From NCBI GenBank assembly GCA_033875325.1, contig JANRKA010000111.1:66790-130789 (forward strand): 64,000 bases of DNA. Direction: 5' to 3'. The position numbers and the translations under genes are program-made. Numbering within the stretch: the first letter of the stretch is position 1; every line of letters begins with the position of its first letter. Source of the DNA: Elusimicrobiota bacterium (GTDB taxonomy: Bacteria > Elusimicrobiota > Elusimicrobia > UBA1565 > UBA9628). Shown here piece by piece: positions 34,470 to 41,613 of this stretch. A model generated the notes under the pieces. That model was not told where the DNA came from and did no database searches. It was given only the letters and a program-made list of their open reading frames with translations.

Positions 34470-35239
34470 CAGCGCAGGTCGGACTTGGGCGCGGGCTTGG
34501 GCGCGGCTTTGGGCTGCAGCTTGGGCTGCGGCGCCCATGAGGGCGCGGCGTCGGTGAGGCCCTGCTTCTTGAGCCAGTATTCCATCTTCGGCACCTGCCA
34601 GGCGTAGTCCACGGGGCCGCCGCCGCGCTGCTTGAGCGCCAAAACGCGTTTGCCGCAGAACGGGAACGGGTCGCAGGAGCCCGGGTGGTTCTCGAGCAGG
34701 GCCGGGCGCAGGACCATGCAGCCCCAGTCCGGGTACAGGGCCTCGCCCTCGGGCGGCGGCGTGGGGTCGAAGGGGGTCACGATGCCGCCTTCGCCCTCGC
34801 GCAGCGCGCGGCGCGGGTTCCAGCGGTCGTAGACGGAGACCGAGGCCGCGGAATCGAGCGTCGGGTCGTTGGCCAGCGCCTCGACGCCTTTGTCTATCAT
34901 CTCGGCGGTGACCGTGCCGGTGTGGGCGTGCAGGACGACCAGCAGCTCGCAGGCCGTCCCCTCGTGCGCGAGGTCCTCCTTGATGAACTTCCAGCTGTAG
35001 AGCAGGGCCTCGAGCTGGTCCTTGGGGCTCTCCAGCGGCGGCTCGACGAGCACGGCGTCGTACTGCATGGCCGTGCGGCGCACGACCATGGTCTGCGCGT
35101 GCACGTAGCGGCGGCCCACGTTGCGGGAGCGGCGCGCGGCGATGAGGGGGTAGGCGCTCAAGGGACGGCCCAGCACCTCGGCCTCGTTCTCGGGGAAGTC
35201 CGGGGAGTCGGCGGGGTCGAGCATCAGCGCGATGATCAT
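34469..35239 (-). CDS. Acylneuraminate-cytidylyltransferase-like (NeuA/CTP_transf_3-like) protein with a degenerate nucleotide-binding loop
   Basis: Full tracked ORF, preceded by TAAGGAGCGGAC-ATG (Shine-Dalgarno). The overall order IIAL...GRPLSAYPLIAA...LLVVLHAHTGTVT...VDYAWQVPKMEYWL parallels CMP-sugar synthetases, but the ARGGSKG-type loop reads LDPADSPDFPENE. Confidence 0.7.
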   Translation of the reverse strand: MIIALMLDPADSPDFPENEAEVLGRPLSAYPLIAARRSRNVGRRYVHAQTMVVRRTAMQYDAVLVEPPLESPKDQLEALLYSWKFIKEDLAHEGTACELLVVLHAHTGTVTAEMIDKGVEALANDPTLDSAASVSVYDRWNPRRALREGEGGIVTPFDPTPPPEGEALYPDWGCMVLRPALLENHPGSCDPFPFCGKRVLALKQRGGGPVDYAWQVPKMEYWLKKQGLTDAAPSWAPQPKLQPKAAPKPAPKSDLR

Positions 35240-35248
35240 GTCCGCTCC

Positions 35249-36268
35249 TTAGGCCTTGACCCCGAGCGCTTCCAGGGCGTCGAGCGCCGCGGCGGCGGTC
35301 GCGTCCCAGGAGTGGCGCTCGACGGTGCGCACGCCCTCGGCGATGAGCTTGAGCGAGAGGCCCGGCGTCGCCGCGAGGTTGAGCACCTGCTCGGCCAGCG
35401 CGGCGGCGTCCCCGGGCGGGAAGAGCAGGCCGTTGCTGAAGTGGGTGATGAGTTCCGGCACCGCGCCGGCGCTCACGCCGATGACCGGGCAGCCCTCGGA
35501 GAGCGCGTGCAGCGCCAGGGAGGGGAAGCCGAGGTGGCCGCCGAGCTCGACGTAGGCCTTGGCCGCGCGCAGGTACTCCATCTTCTTGGGGTGCGGCAGC
35601 TCGCCCGGGAAGGAGACCTTGTTGTCGCCGAGGAGCAGGGATTTGGCGCGCTCGCGCAGGGCGGGCAGCGCGGGCCCGTCTCCGATGATGGTCAGATGCC
35701 AGTCCAGGCGCAGGCGCGCGAGCGCCGAAAGCGCGGTCTCGAAGGCGGGACGCGTGAAGTCGTCGAGCGTGCCCGCGGCCACGATGCCGAAAGCCGCCGG
35801 GCGCGAGGCGCGCAGCGTCACCAAAGCGATCTGTTGGGCGAAGATCTGGTCGTAGGCGTAGGGGGCGATGCGCACGCGTTCCGGACCGATGTTCCAGCCC
35901 GCGACGACCCCCTGGAGGTGGCGGCTGGGGACCAGGAGCACGTCGGCGGAGCGCGCGAGTTCCTGGACCTCCTCGAGCGCCGCCTGCGAGGCGCCCGCGT
36001 ACGAATCGATGAGTCGCAGGGCCGCCGGCCGGCCGGCGGCGCGCGCCGCCCGCAGCGCGGCGGGCTGGAGGCTGTTGATGAAGACGGCGTCGTGGTCGGC
36101 GGCGAAGCGCTCGCGCGCGAGCAGCTCGGCCGTGGCGGCCGCGGGGCCGGGGGCCACGACGCGCACCGTCGCCGTGTGCCCGCGCGCCGGCGCGCGTTTG
36201 GCGACCTCCCGGCAGAAGGCGTCCTCGCCGTTGGGCGAGCTGGGGTCCGGGACGAGCAGGAGCCTCAC
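35249..36268 (-). CDS. Glycosyltransferase family 4/1 (GT-B)
   Basis: The start is taken at GTG 36268, which overlaps the upstream TGA (GTGA). The C-terminal motif is GFPSLALHALSEGCPVIGVSAGAVPELI. Confidence 0.8.
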   Translation of the reverse strand: MRLLLVPDPSSPNGEDAFCREVAKRAPARGHTATVRVVAPGPAAATAELLARERFAADHDAVFINSLQPAALRAARAAGRPAALRLIDSYAGASQAALEEVQELARSADVLLVPSRHLQGVVAGWNIGPERVRIAPYAYDQIFAQQIALVTLRASRPAAFGIVAAGTLDDFTRPAFETALSALARLRLDWHLTIIGDGPALPALRERAKSLLLGDNKVSFPGELPHPKKMEYLRAAKAYVELGGHLGFPSLALHALSEGCPVIGVSAGAVPELITHFSNGLLFPPGDAAALAEQVLNLAATPGLSLKLIAEGVRTVERHSWDATAAAALDALEALGVKA

Positions 36269-37752
36269 GCGGGGACCTTCTTGGTCGTCCGCAGGATGGT
36301 GGGGGGCAGCTGGCCCATGGAGTGCTCGAAGCGCTGGGCGGCGCGCGAGGCGTTGAACGGGATGTTCAGCGTCTTGCGGACCGTGCGTTCGACCTCGTCG
36401 CGCAGCGCCACGAGGCGTTCGGCCGAGAGGGCGTCGGTGTAGACGTAGGCCTTGTAGCCGCCGTCGGGGTCGCCTTTGTAGTAGTCGGCGGTGCGCGTGT
36501 AGTCCACCTCGTGGCTGTAGAGCCGGTCGCCGGTCTCGGCGTAGGTGTACACCCAGACGTCCTTCTCCGTCGGATGCGGCACGGCGCGGTCGTAATACGG
36601 CGTGCCCGGGTAGGTCGTGATGATGGTCACGTCGAAGTCGTCGGGCCTGGTCGCGAGCAGCCACTCCTTGGTCTCGCGCACCGTCTCCTCGCTCTCGCCG
36701 GGGTGGCCGAGCGACATCAGCGCCTTGACCTTCAGGCCGTGGCGCCGGGCGATCTCGACGCAGCGCGTGTTCTCCTCGCGCGTGGACCGCTTGTTGATGT
36801 TCTGCAGGATGCGCGGCGACCCGGATTCGAAGCCGGTGAGGATCCAGCGGAAACCCGCGCGCCGCATGGCCGCGGCCTGCGCGTCGGTGAACAGCTGCGC
36901 CTTGATGAAGCCGCGCAGGCGCCACTCGACGCCGAGGCGCTGCTGCTCCGCGGTGATGGCGTCCATGAGCTCGACCATCTTGGTGTTCACGTTGAGCTCG
37001 TCGTCGTAGAGCATGAAGCCGCGCGTGCCGTAGGTCTGGTGGAGGTGGCGCAGCTCCGCGACCACGCTCGCCGTCGAGCGGGTGCGCACGCGCCGCAGCA
37101 TCGGCGACTCGCGGCCGCCGCAGAAGCCGCAGGAGAAGGGGCAGCCCAGCTGCGCGATGAGGCTCGTCGCCGGGACGCCTTCGATGGAGTAGTGGTAGCT
37201 GTCCACGTCCACGAGGTGCCGCGCCGGCAGAGGCAGCTCGTCGAGACGCTGGCTCGTGAGGAAGAGGGGCGAGCGCGGGTCGTCGCCGTCCACGACCTTC
37301 GGCGCCTCCGGGCGGATGGCCGCGAACACGGCTTCCTCTCCGTCGCCGGGCACGAGGACGTCGAAGGCGGCCATCAGGGCGTCGAGGGCCTTGGTCGCCC
37401 GGCCCGGCGCCTTGCGCGAGAACTCTCCCTTGGCCGCCGCCGACACGAGCGTCACGTGCGGCCCGCCCAGGATGAGGCGCGCCGACGGCTTGCCCGCGCG
37501 CAGCGCCTGGGCGATCTTGTACGCCGCGGGCATCTGCGGCGTCGTCGCGGTCACGCCGAAGACCTCCGCCGAGCTGGCGCGGGCGTGCAGGCGCGTCACC
37601 TCCTCGTAGTTCTCGATGCCGGAGAGGTCGAGCATCTCGACCTCATGGCCGGCCTCCTCGAGCACGGCGGCCACGCGCAGGATGCCCAGCGTCATGAAGA
37701 CGCGCTCGTCGAGGAGGAAGATGGAGGGGGGCGTGATGAGGCCGATGCGCAT
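36265..37752 (-). CDS. B12-binding-domain radical SAM enzyme (class B type)
   Basis: Full tracked ORF. The N-terminal Rossmann-like B12 domain is MRIGLITPPS...EVEMLDL. The radical SAM cluster motif is GCPFSCGFCGG. It is the first gene of the array, behind a full promoter. Confidence 0.85.
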   Translation of the reverse strand: MRIGLITPPSIFLLDERVFMTLGILRVAAVLEEAGHEVEMLDLSGIENYEEVTRLHARASSAEVFGVTATTPQMPAAYKIAQALRAGKPSARLILGGPHVTLVSAAAKGEFSRKAPGRATKALDALMAAFDVLVPGDGEEAVFAAIRPEAPKVVDGDDPRSPLFLTSQRLDELPLPARHLVDVDSYHYSIEGVPATSLIAQLGCPFSCGFCGGRESPMLRRVRTRSTASVVAELRHLHQTYGTRGFMLYDDELNVNTKMVELMDAITAEQQRLGVEWRLRGFIKAQLFTDAQAAAMRRAGFRWILTGFESGSPRILQNINKRSTREENTRCVEIARRHGLKVKALMSLGHPGESEETVRETKEWLLATRPDDFDVTIITTYPGTPYYDRAVPHPTEKDVWVYTYAETGDRLYSHEVDYTRTADYYKGDPDGGYKAYVYTDALSAERLVALRDEVERTVRKTLNIPFNASRAAQRFEHSMGQLPPTILRTTKKVPA

Positions 37753-37760
37753 CCGGTCCC

Positions 37761-37789
37761 ATTGTAACAGGGGGGGTCAGGGCCGTCAA
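37761..37789 (-). promoter_or_regulatory. Promoter TTGACG, 17 nt, (TGT)TACAAT, 8 nt upstream of ATG 37752
   Basis: The minus strand reads TTGACG(37789-37784), a 17-nt spacer ending in TGT, TACAAT(37766-37761), GGGACCGG, ATG. Confidence 0.65.
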
Positions 37790-37813
37790 TGTCATCCCGG
37801 TCAACGCGGCCCT

Positions 37814-38359
37814 CTAGTCGGGGAAATGGCGCTTGGCGCAGTCCGGGCAGACCCCGTGCGAGAACTGCGCGGGCGTCTTGTCGGAGACGAAGTCCTCGAG
37901 GCTCTGGTAACCGCCCTTCTCGTCTCGGATGCGGCGGCAGTACGCGCACATGGGCAGGATGCCCTCCAGCGTGCGCACGCGCTCGGTCAGGCTGACGATG
38001 CGTTCGGCCACGCGCAGACGCATGCGCAGGGCCTCGACGTCCAGCGGCTTGACCAGGAAGTCGTCCACGCCCTCTTCCATGGCGCGCGCGTGGTGGCCGC
38101 CGCCGACCATCGTGCCGGTGAGCAGGATGAAGTAGACGTAGGGCGAGTCGACGCGGCCGCGCACGCGCCGGCACAACTCGAGCCCGTCGAGCTTCGGCAT
38201 CATCCAGTCGCTGACCACGACGCGCGGTCCCCGGGTCAGGAGCAGGTCCCAGGCTTCTTCGCCGTCGCGGGCCTCGATGACCTCGTGGCCCAGCTTGGCG
38301 AGCGACGCGCGCAGGAGGGTGCGGCTGGTGGCGTCGTCCTCGGCGACCAGGACCTTCAT
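37814..38359 (-). CDS. Response regulator: receiver domain + C-terminal Cys-rich (CxxC...CxxC) output segment
   Basis: REC motifs: MKVLVAEDD, VVVSDWMMPKLDG, DDFLVKP. The C-terminal part is GILPMCAYCRRIRDEKGGYQSLEDFVSDKTPAQFSHGVCPDCAKRHF. Confidence 0.85.
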   Translation of the reverse strand: MKVLVAEDDATSRTLLRASLAKLGHEVIEARDGEEAWDLLLTRGPRVVVSDWMMPKLDGLELCRRVRGRVDSPYVYFILLTGTMVGGGHHARAMEEGVDDFLVKPLDVEALRMRLRVAERIVSLTERVRTLEGILPMCAYCRRIRDEKGGYQSLEDFVSDKTPAQFSHGVCPDCAKRHFPD

Positions 38360-38366
38360 GCGTCCA

Positions 38367-39101
38367 TTATAGCGCGAGGCGCAGGAAGATCTCGACGTTG
38401 CCTTTGGGGCCGGGCGCGACGGAGACGCTTTCGCCCCGCGGTTCGAGCCCCAGCGACAGCGCCGCCTCGCGCACCTTGGCGACGGCCAGGGCGCGCGTCG
38501 CCGGGTCCTTGACCACGCCTTTGGGGGCCAGCTTGGGGCCGACCTCGAACTGCGGCTTGACCATCACGAGGAGCTCGGCGCCGGGAGCGAGGCAGGGCAG
38601 CACGAAGGGCAGGACCTGGGTCAGCGAGATGAACGAGACGTCGGCCACGCACAACGACGGCTTGGGGTCGAACCAGGCGGGGTCCAGGTCGCGGGCGTGG
38701 GTGTTCTCGCGGCTGACGACGCGCGGGTCCTTCCGGAGCTTGTCGGCGAGCTGGGCGGTGCCCACGTCCACGGCGTGCACGAGCGCCGCTCCGCGCTGGA
38801 GCAGGCAGTCGGTGAAGCCGCCGGTCGAGGCGCCGAGGTCGAGGCACACGCGGCCCTTCGGGTCCACGCCGAAGGCGTCGAGCGCGCCGGCGAGCTTGAG
38901 GCCGCCGCGCGAGACGAAGGGGCAGGGGTCGGACTTGAGGGAGAGCTCGGCGTCGGGCCCGACCGGGGCGCCGGCCTTCGGCGCCGGCTTGCCGTCCACC
39001 AGGACCAGGCCGGCCATGACCGCGGCCTGCGCCTTGGCGCGCGTCGGGAAGAAGCCGCGCTCGACGAGGGCCTGGTCCAGACGCGTGCGCGGGGCGCTCA
39101 C
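38367..39101 (-). CDS. tlyA: TlyA-family rRNA (cytidine-2'-O)-methyltransferase
   Basis: GTG start at 39101. The S4-like N-terminus is RLDQALVERGFFPTRAKAQAAVMAG. The FtsJ motif is LDLGASTGGFTDCLLQRGA. The tail is VKPQFE...KGNVEIF. Confidence 0.9.
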   Translation of the reverse strand: MSAPRTRLDQALVERGFFPTRAKAQAAVMAGLVLVDGKPAPKAGAPVGPDAELSLKSDPCPFVSRGGLKLAGALDAFGVDPKGRVCLDLGASTGGFTDCLLQRGAALVHAVDVGTAQLADKLRKDPRVVSRENTHARDLDPAWFDPKPSLCVADVSFISLTQVLPFVLPCLAPGAELLVMVKPQFEVGPKLAPKGVVKDPATRALAVAKVREAALSLGLEPRGESVSVAPGPKGNVEIFLRLAL

Positions 39102-39107
39102 GGGGCT

Positions 39108-39117
39108 ATGCTATCAT
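39108..39117. promoter_or_regulatory. Overlapping divergent extended -10 boxes inside the near-palindrome CTATGCTATCATAG
   Basis: Plus strand: TGCTATCAT (39109-39117), 10 nt before ATG 39128. Minus strand: TGATAGCAT (39116-39108), 6 nt before GTG 39101. Confidence 0.5.
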
Positions 39118-39127
39118 AGGCCCCCGC

Positions 39128-40012
39128 ATGAAAGCCCGGATCCTCGACTGCAAGGGCGCGGCGGCGCGCTACTTCGATTGGGCCGCGCGCGAGATCGCCG
39201 CCATGAAGCGCAAGCCGCGGCTGGCCACGGTCCTGTTCCGTCCCGAGCAGAACCCCGCTTCGCTGCGCTACCGCGACCTCATCGTGCGCGACGCCGAGCG
39301 CCTGGGCATCGTGGTCGAGCCGCACGAGGCCAAGGAGGAGGAGGAGCTCCTCGCGCTCGTGCGCCGCCTCAACGACGACAAGGCCGTGACGGGGGCCATG
39401 CTCTTCTACCCGCTGCGCGCCGCGGTCAAGGACGAGGACGTGATGGACCTGCTCTCCCCGCACAAGGACGTCGAGGGGCTGCACTCCCTCAACCTGGGCT
39501 ACCTCCTCAAGTACAAGCGTTTCCTCGACGAGGCGCGCGGCGTCAAATGCGTCGTGCCCGCCACGGCCAAGGCGGTCGTGAAGCTGCTCCAGTCGGAGCC
39601 CGAGCTGCGCCTGGAGGGCGCCTTCGCGTGCGTGGTCAACAACTCCATGCGGGTGGGCAAGCCGCTGGGGCTCATGCTCGAGAACCTCGGCGCGACCGTG
39701 GTGAAGTGTTACGACCGCACGCCCCGCGCCCTGCTCGAGGACTGCGTGCGCCGCGCGGACGTGGTCGTCACCGCCGTGCCCGACCCGGCTTTCCGCGTCC
39801 CGGCGGCGTGGGTCAAGCCGGGCGCGACCTTGGTGGACGTCTCCTTCGAGGGCAACTTCGACGCCAAGGAGCTCATGAGCGTCGCCGGCCGTCTGACGGT
39901 GCCCGAGAACCGCGTCGGCTCGATGACGCGGGCGATGACCTTCGTGAACCTGGTGTACTGCGCCAAGAACGCCCCGCTGCGCCGGGTCGCGCCGCGACGC
40001 CGGAAATCCTGA
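39128..40012 (+). CDS. FolD-like methylene-THF dehydrogenase/cyclohydrolase-fold protein, strongly divergent
   Basis: Length and order match FolD (N-terminal catalytic half, Rossmann half with VVNNSMRVGKPLGLML and VVTAVPDP). Several canonical FolD motifs are altered; see findings. Confidence 0.75.
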   Translation: MKARILDCKGAAARYFDWAAREIAAMKRKPRLATVLFRPEQNPASLRYRDLIVRDAERLGIVVEPHEAKEEEELLALVRRLNDDKAVTGAMLFYPLRAAVKDEDVMDLLSPHKDVEGLHSLNLGYLLKYKRFLDEARGVKCVVPATAKAVVKLLQSEPELRLEGAFACVVNNSMRVGKPLGLMLENLGATVVKCYDRTPRALLEDCVRRADVVVTAVPDPAFRVPAAWVKPGATLVDVSFEGNFDAKELMSVAGRLTVPENRVGSMTRAMTFVNLVYCAKNAPLRRVAPRRRKS

Positions 40013-40893
40013 TGCCCGCCTGGGTCGTGGACCTCGGGCTGGTCTACTGCGCCGGGGTGTGGGGCTCGACCTTCTTCATCGTCAAGGACGCCCTCGCGGG
40101 CGTGGACCCCGTGGCGATGGTCGCGCACCGCTTCCTGCTGGCCGCGGTCCTGCTCGCGCCGTGGGCGCTCTCGCGGCGCGCGGCGAGGCGGCATCTCAAG
40201 GAGAGTTTCCTGCTCGCGGCGCTGCTGTTCGCGCTGTACGCCACCCAGACCGTGGGCCTGGGGCACACCTCGGCCGCCAACTCCGGTTTCATCACCGGCT
40301 TGTTCGTCATCTTCGTGCCGCTGTTCCTGCTCGTCTTCCTGCGCCAGCCGCCGACGCGGGTGCAGTGGGGCTCCTCCGCGCTGGCGCTGGCCGGCCTGTG
40401 GCTGCTCACCGGCGGCGTGAAGGCGGTCAACTACGGCGACGCCATCACCTTGGTGTCGGCGGCGACCTACGCCGGGCACCTGCTCGCCACGGACCGTTTC
40501 GTGCGCGCCGACGCGGACGCGGTCGTGCTGGCGTTCCACCAGTTCTGGATGTGCGGGGCGATGGCCGTCCTCTGGTGCCTGGCCGCCGGCCGCCCGCTGG
40601 CCGTGGGCACCGAAGCCGCGGCGCGCACCATCATGTTCCTGGCCGTCGCGCCGACGCTGACCGCCTTCTTCATCCAGATGTACGCCCAGAAGACGGTCGC
40701 CCCGGTGAAGGTGAGCCTCATCTTCTCCCTGGAGCCGGTGTTCGCCGCCGTCTTCGCGTGGACGGTCGGCGGCGAACGCTTCGTCCCCGGCGCCGCCGCC
40801 GGCGGCCTCCTCATCGTCGCCGCCATGATGGCCGGCGAGCTGTCCAAGCTCGACCTCCTGAAAGCCCGCCGCAAAGAAGTCCTCCCGAGTTAA
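40012..40893 (+). CDS. DMT-superfamily (EamA-type) transporter
   Basis: Internal ATG 40012 shares 1 nt with the folD-like TGA. It has ten hydrophobic segments in two EamA-like halves. The upstream 538 codons of tracked ORF 38398-40893 are wrong-frame. Confidence 0.85.
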   Translation: MPAWVVDLGLVYCAGVWGSTFFIVKDALAGVDPVAMVAHRFLLAAVLLAPWALSRRAARRHLKESFLLAALLFALYATQTVGLGHTSAANSGFITGLFVIFVPLFLLVFLRQPPTRVQWGSSALALAGLWLLTGGVKAVNYGDAITLVSAATYAGHLLATDRFVRADADAVVLAFHQFWMCGAMAVLWCLAAGRPLAVGTEAAARTIMFLAVAPTLTAFFIQMYAQKTVAPVKVSLIFSLEPVFAAVFAWTVGGERFVPGAAAGGLLIVAAMMAGELSKLDLLKARRKEVLPS

Positions 40894-40918
40894 CGGAAGG
40901 GACAGGCACTTTCGTTAA
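40890..40918 (+). terminator. Imperfect palindromic element TTAACGGAAGGGACAGGCACTTTCGTTAA starting at the TAA stop; possible terminator or repeat copy B
   Basis: Read directly. The arms AACGGAAG and CTTTCGTT pair. It matches 24 of 29 positions of the element at 58442-58470. No T-tract follows. Confidence 0.4.
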
Positions 40919-40951
40919 TCGACAGTAGGGGCTGGTCTTCCCGGGGCGGAG

Positions 40952-41551
40952 TCAGAGGCCGAGGGCGGAGAGGCGGCGGCCGAGGTCCTGGGCGCCGCGG
41001 AAACGCAGGGCGAGCAAGCCGACCTTGGCGGCGGCGGCTACGTTCTCGGGGAGGTCGTCGATGAACACGGTCTCCTCGGGGCGGGTGCCCGACAGCTCCA
41101 ACGCGGCGCGGTAGATGGCCGGGTCGGGCTTGCGCAGGCCGACCTCGTGGGAGAGGATCATGCCGCGGACCTGCGAAGGGAAGGCGTAGCGCTCGCGGAT
41201 GTAGTCGAAGTGCAGCGCGTTCGTGTTCGACAGCAGGTAGGTGGGCACGGAGCGCCCGACGCGCTTGAGCAGGGCGTGGGAGCCGCGGTCCAGCGTGAAG
41301 TGGTCGCACCACAGCCGGCGGAAGCCGGCGTAGCTGCCGCGGTAGCCCAGCTCCTCGACGAACAGGCGGTGGATCTCCTCGCCGCCGACCGCGCCGGTCT
41401 CGATGCGCTCGATGACCTTCTCCTTCCACAGCAGGCGCGTGACCTTCACGGGGTGGCGGCCGACCGCCCAGGCGAACTTCCTCAATATGCGCCGGTGAGA
41501 GAAGCGCAGGAGGACGTTGCCGACGTCGAAGAAGGCGGCGCGCACGGTCAT
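40952..41551 (-). CDS. HAD-superfamily hydrolase (subfamily IA-like)
   Basis: Full tracked ORF. Motifs: AAFFDVGNVLL, LLSNTN, VFIDDLPENV. Confidence 0.85.
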   Translation of the reverse strand: MTVRAAFFDVGNVLLRFSHRRILRKFAWAVGRHPVKVTRLLWKEKVIERIETGAVGGEEIHRLFVEELGYRGSYAGFRRLWCDHFTLDRGSHALLKRVGRSVPTYLLSNTNALHFDYIRERYAFPSQVRGMILSHEVGLRKPDPAIYRAALELSGTRPEETVFIDDLPENVAAAAKVGLLALRFRGAQDLGRRLSALGL

Positions 41552-41557
41552 GGGGTC

Positions 41558-41563
41558 ATTATA
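41558..41563 (-). promoter_or_regulatory. -10 box TATAAT, 6 nt upstream of ATG 41551
   Basis: The minus strand reads GGGG-TATAAT-GACCCC-ATG. Confidence 0.55.
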
Positions 41564-41578
41564 CCCCTTCGCCCGCCG

Positions 41579-41607
41579 TTGACCCGCCGCCGGAGAGGGG
41601 CTACACT
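41579..41607 (+). promoter_or_regulatory. Promoter TTGACC, 17 nt, TACACT, 6 nt upstream of ATG 41614
   Basis: TTGACC at 41579-41584, a 17-nt spacer, TACACT at 41602-41607, then GGCGTC and ATG. Confidence 0.6.
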
Positions 41608-41613
41608 GGCGTC

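Noticed and set aside
33966-35239. Reading the NeuA-like / 3-TM pair as a Pycsar- or CBASS-like antiphage module
   Set aside because: There is no cyclase or oligonucleotide-synthase fold. The pair is translationally embedded in a glycan operon between a GT4 gene and sugar-nucleotide genes. The effector-domain resemblance comes from memory of architecture only. It is kept as a low-confidence finding, not called as a defence system.
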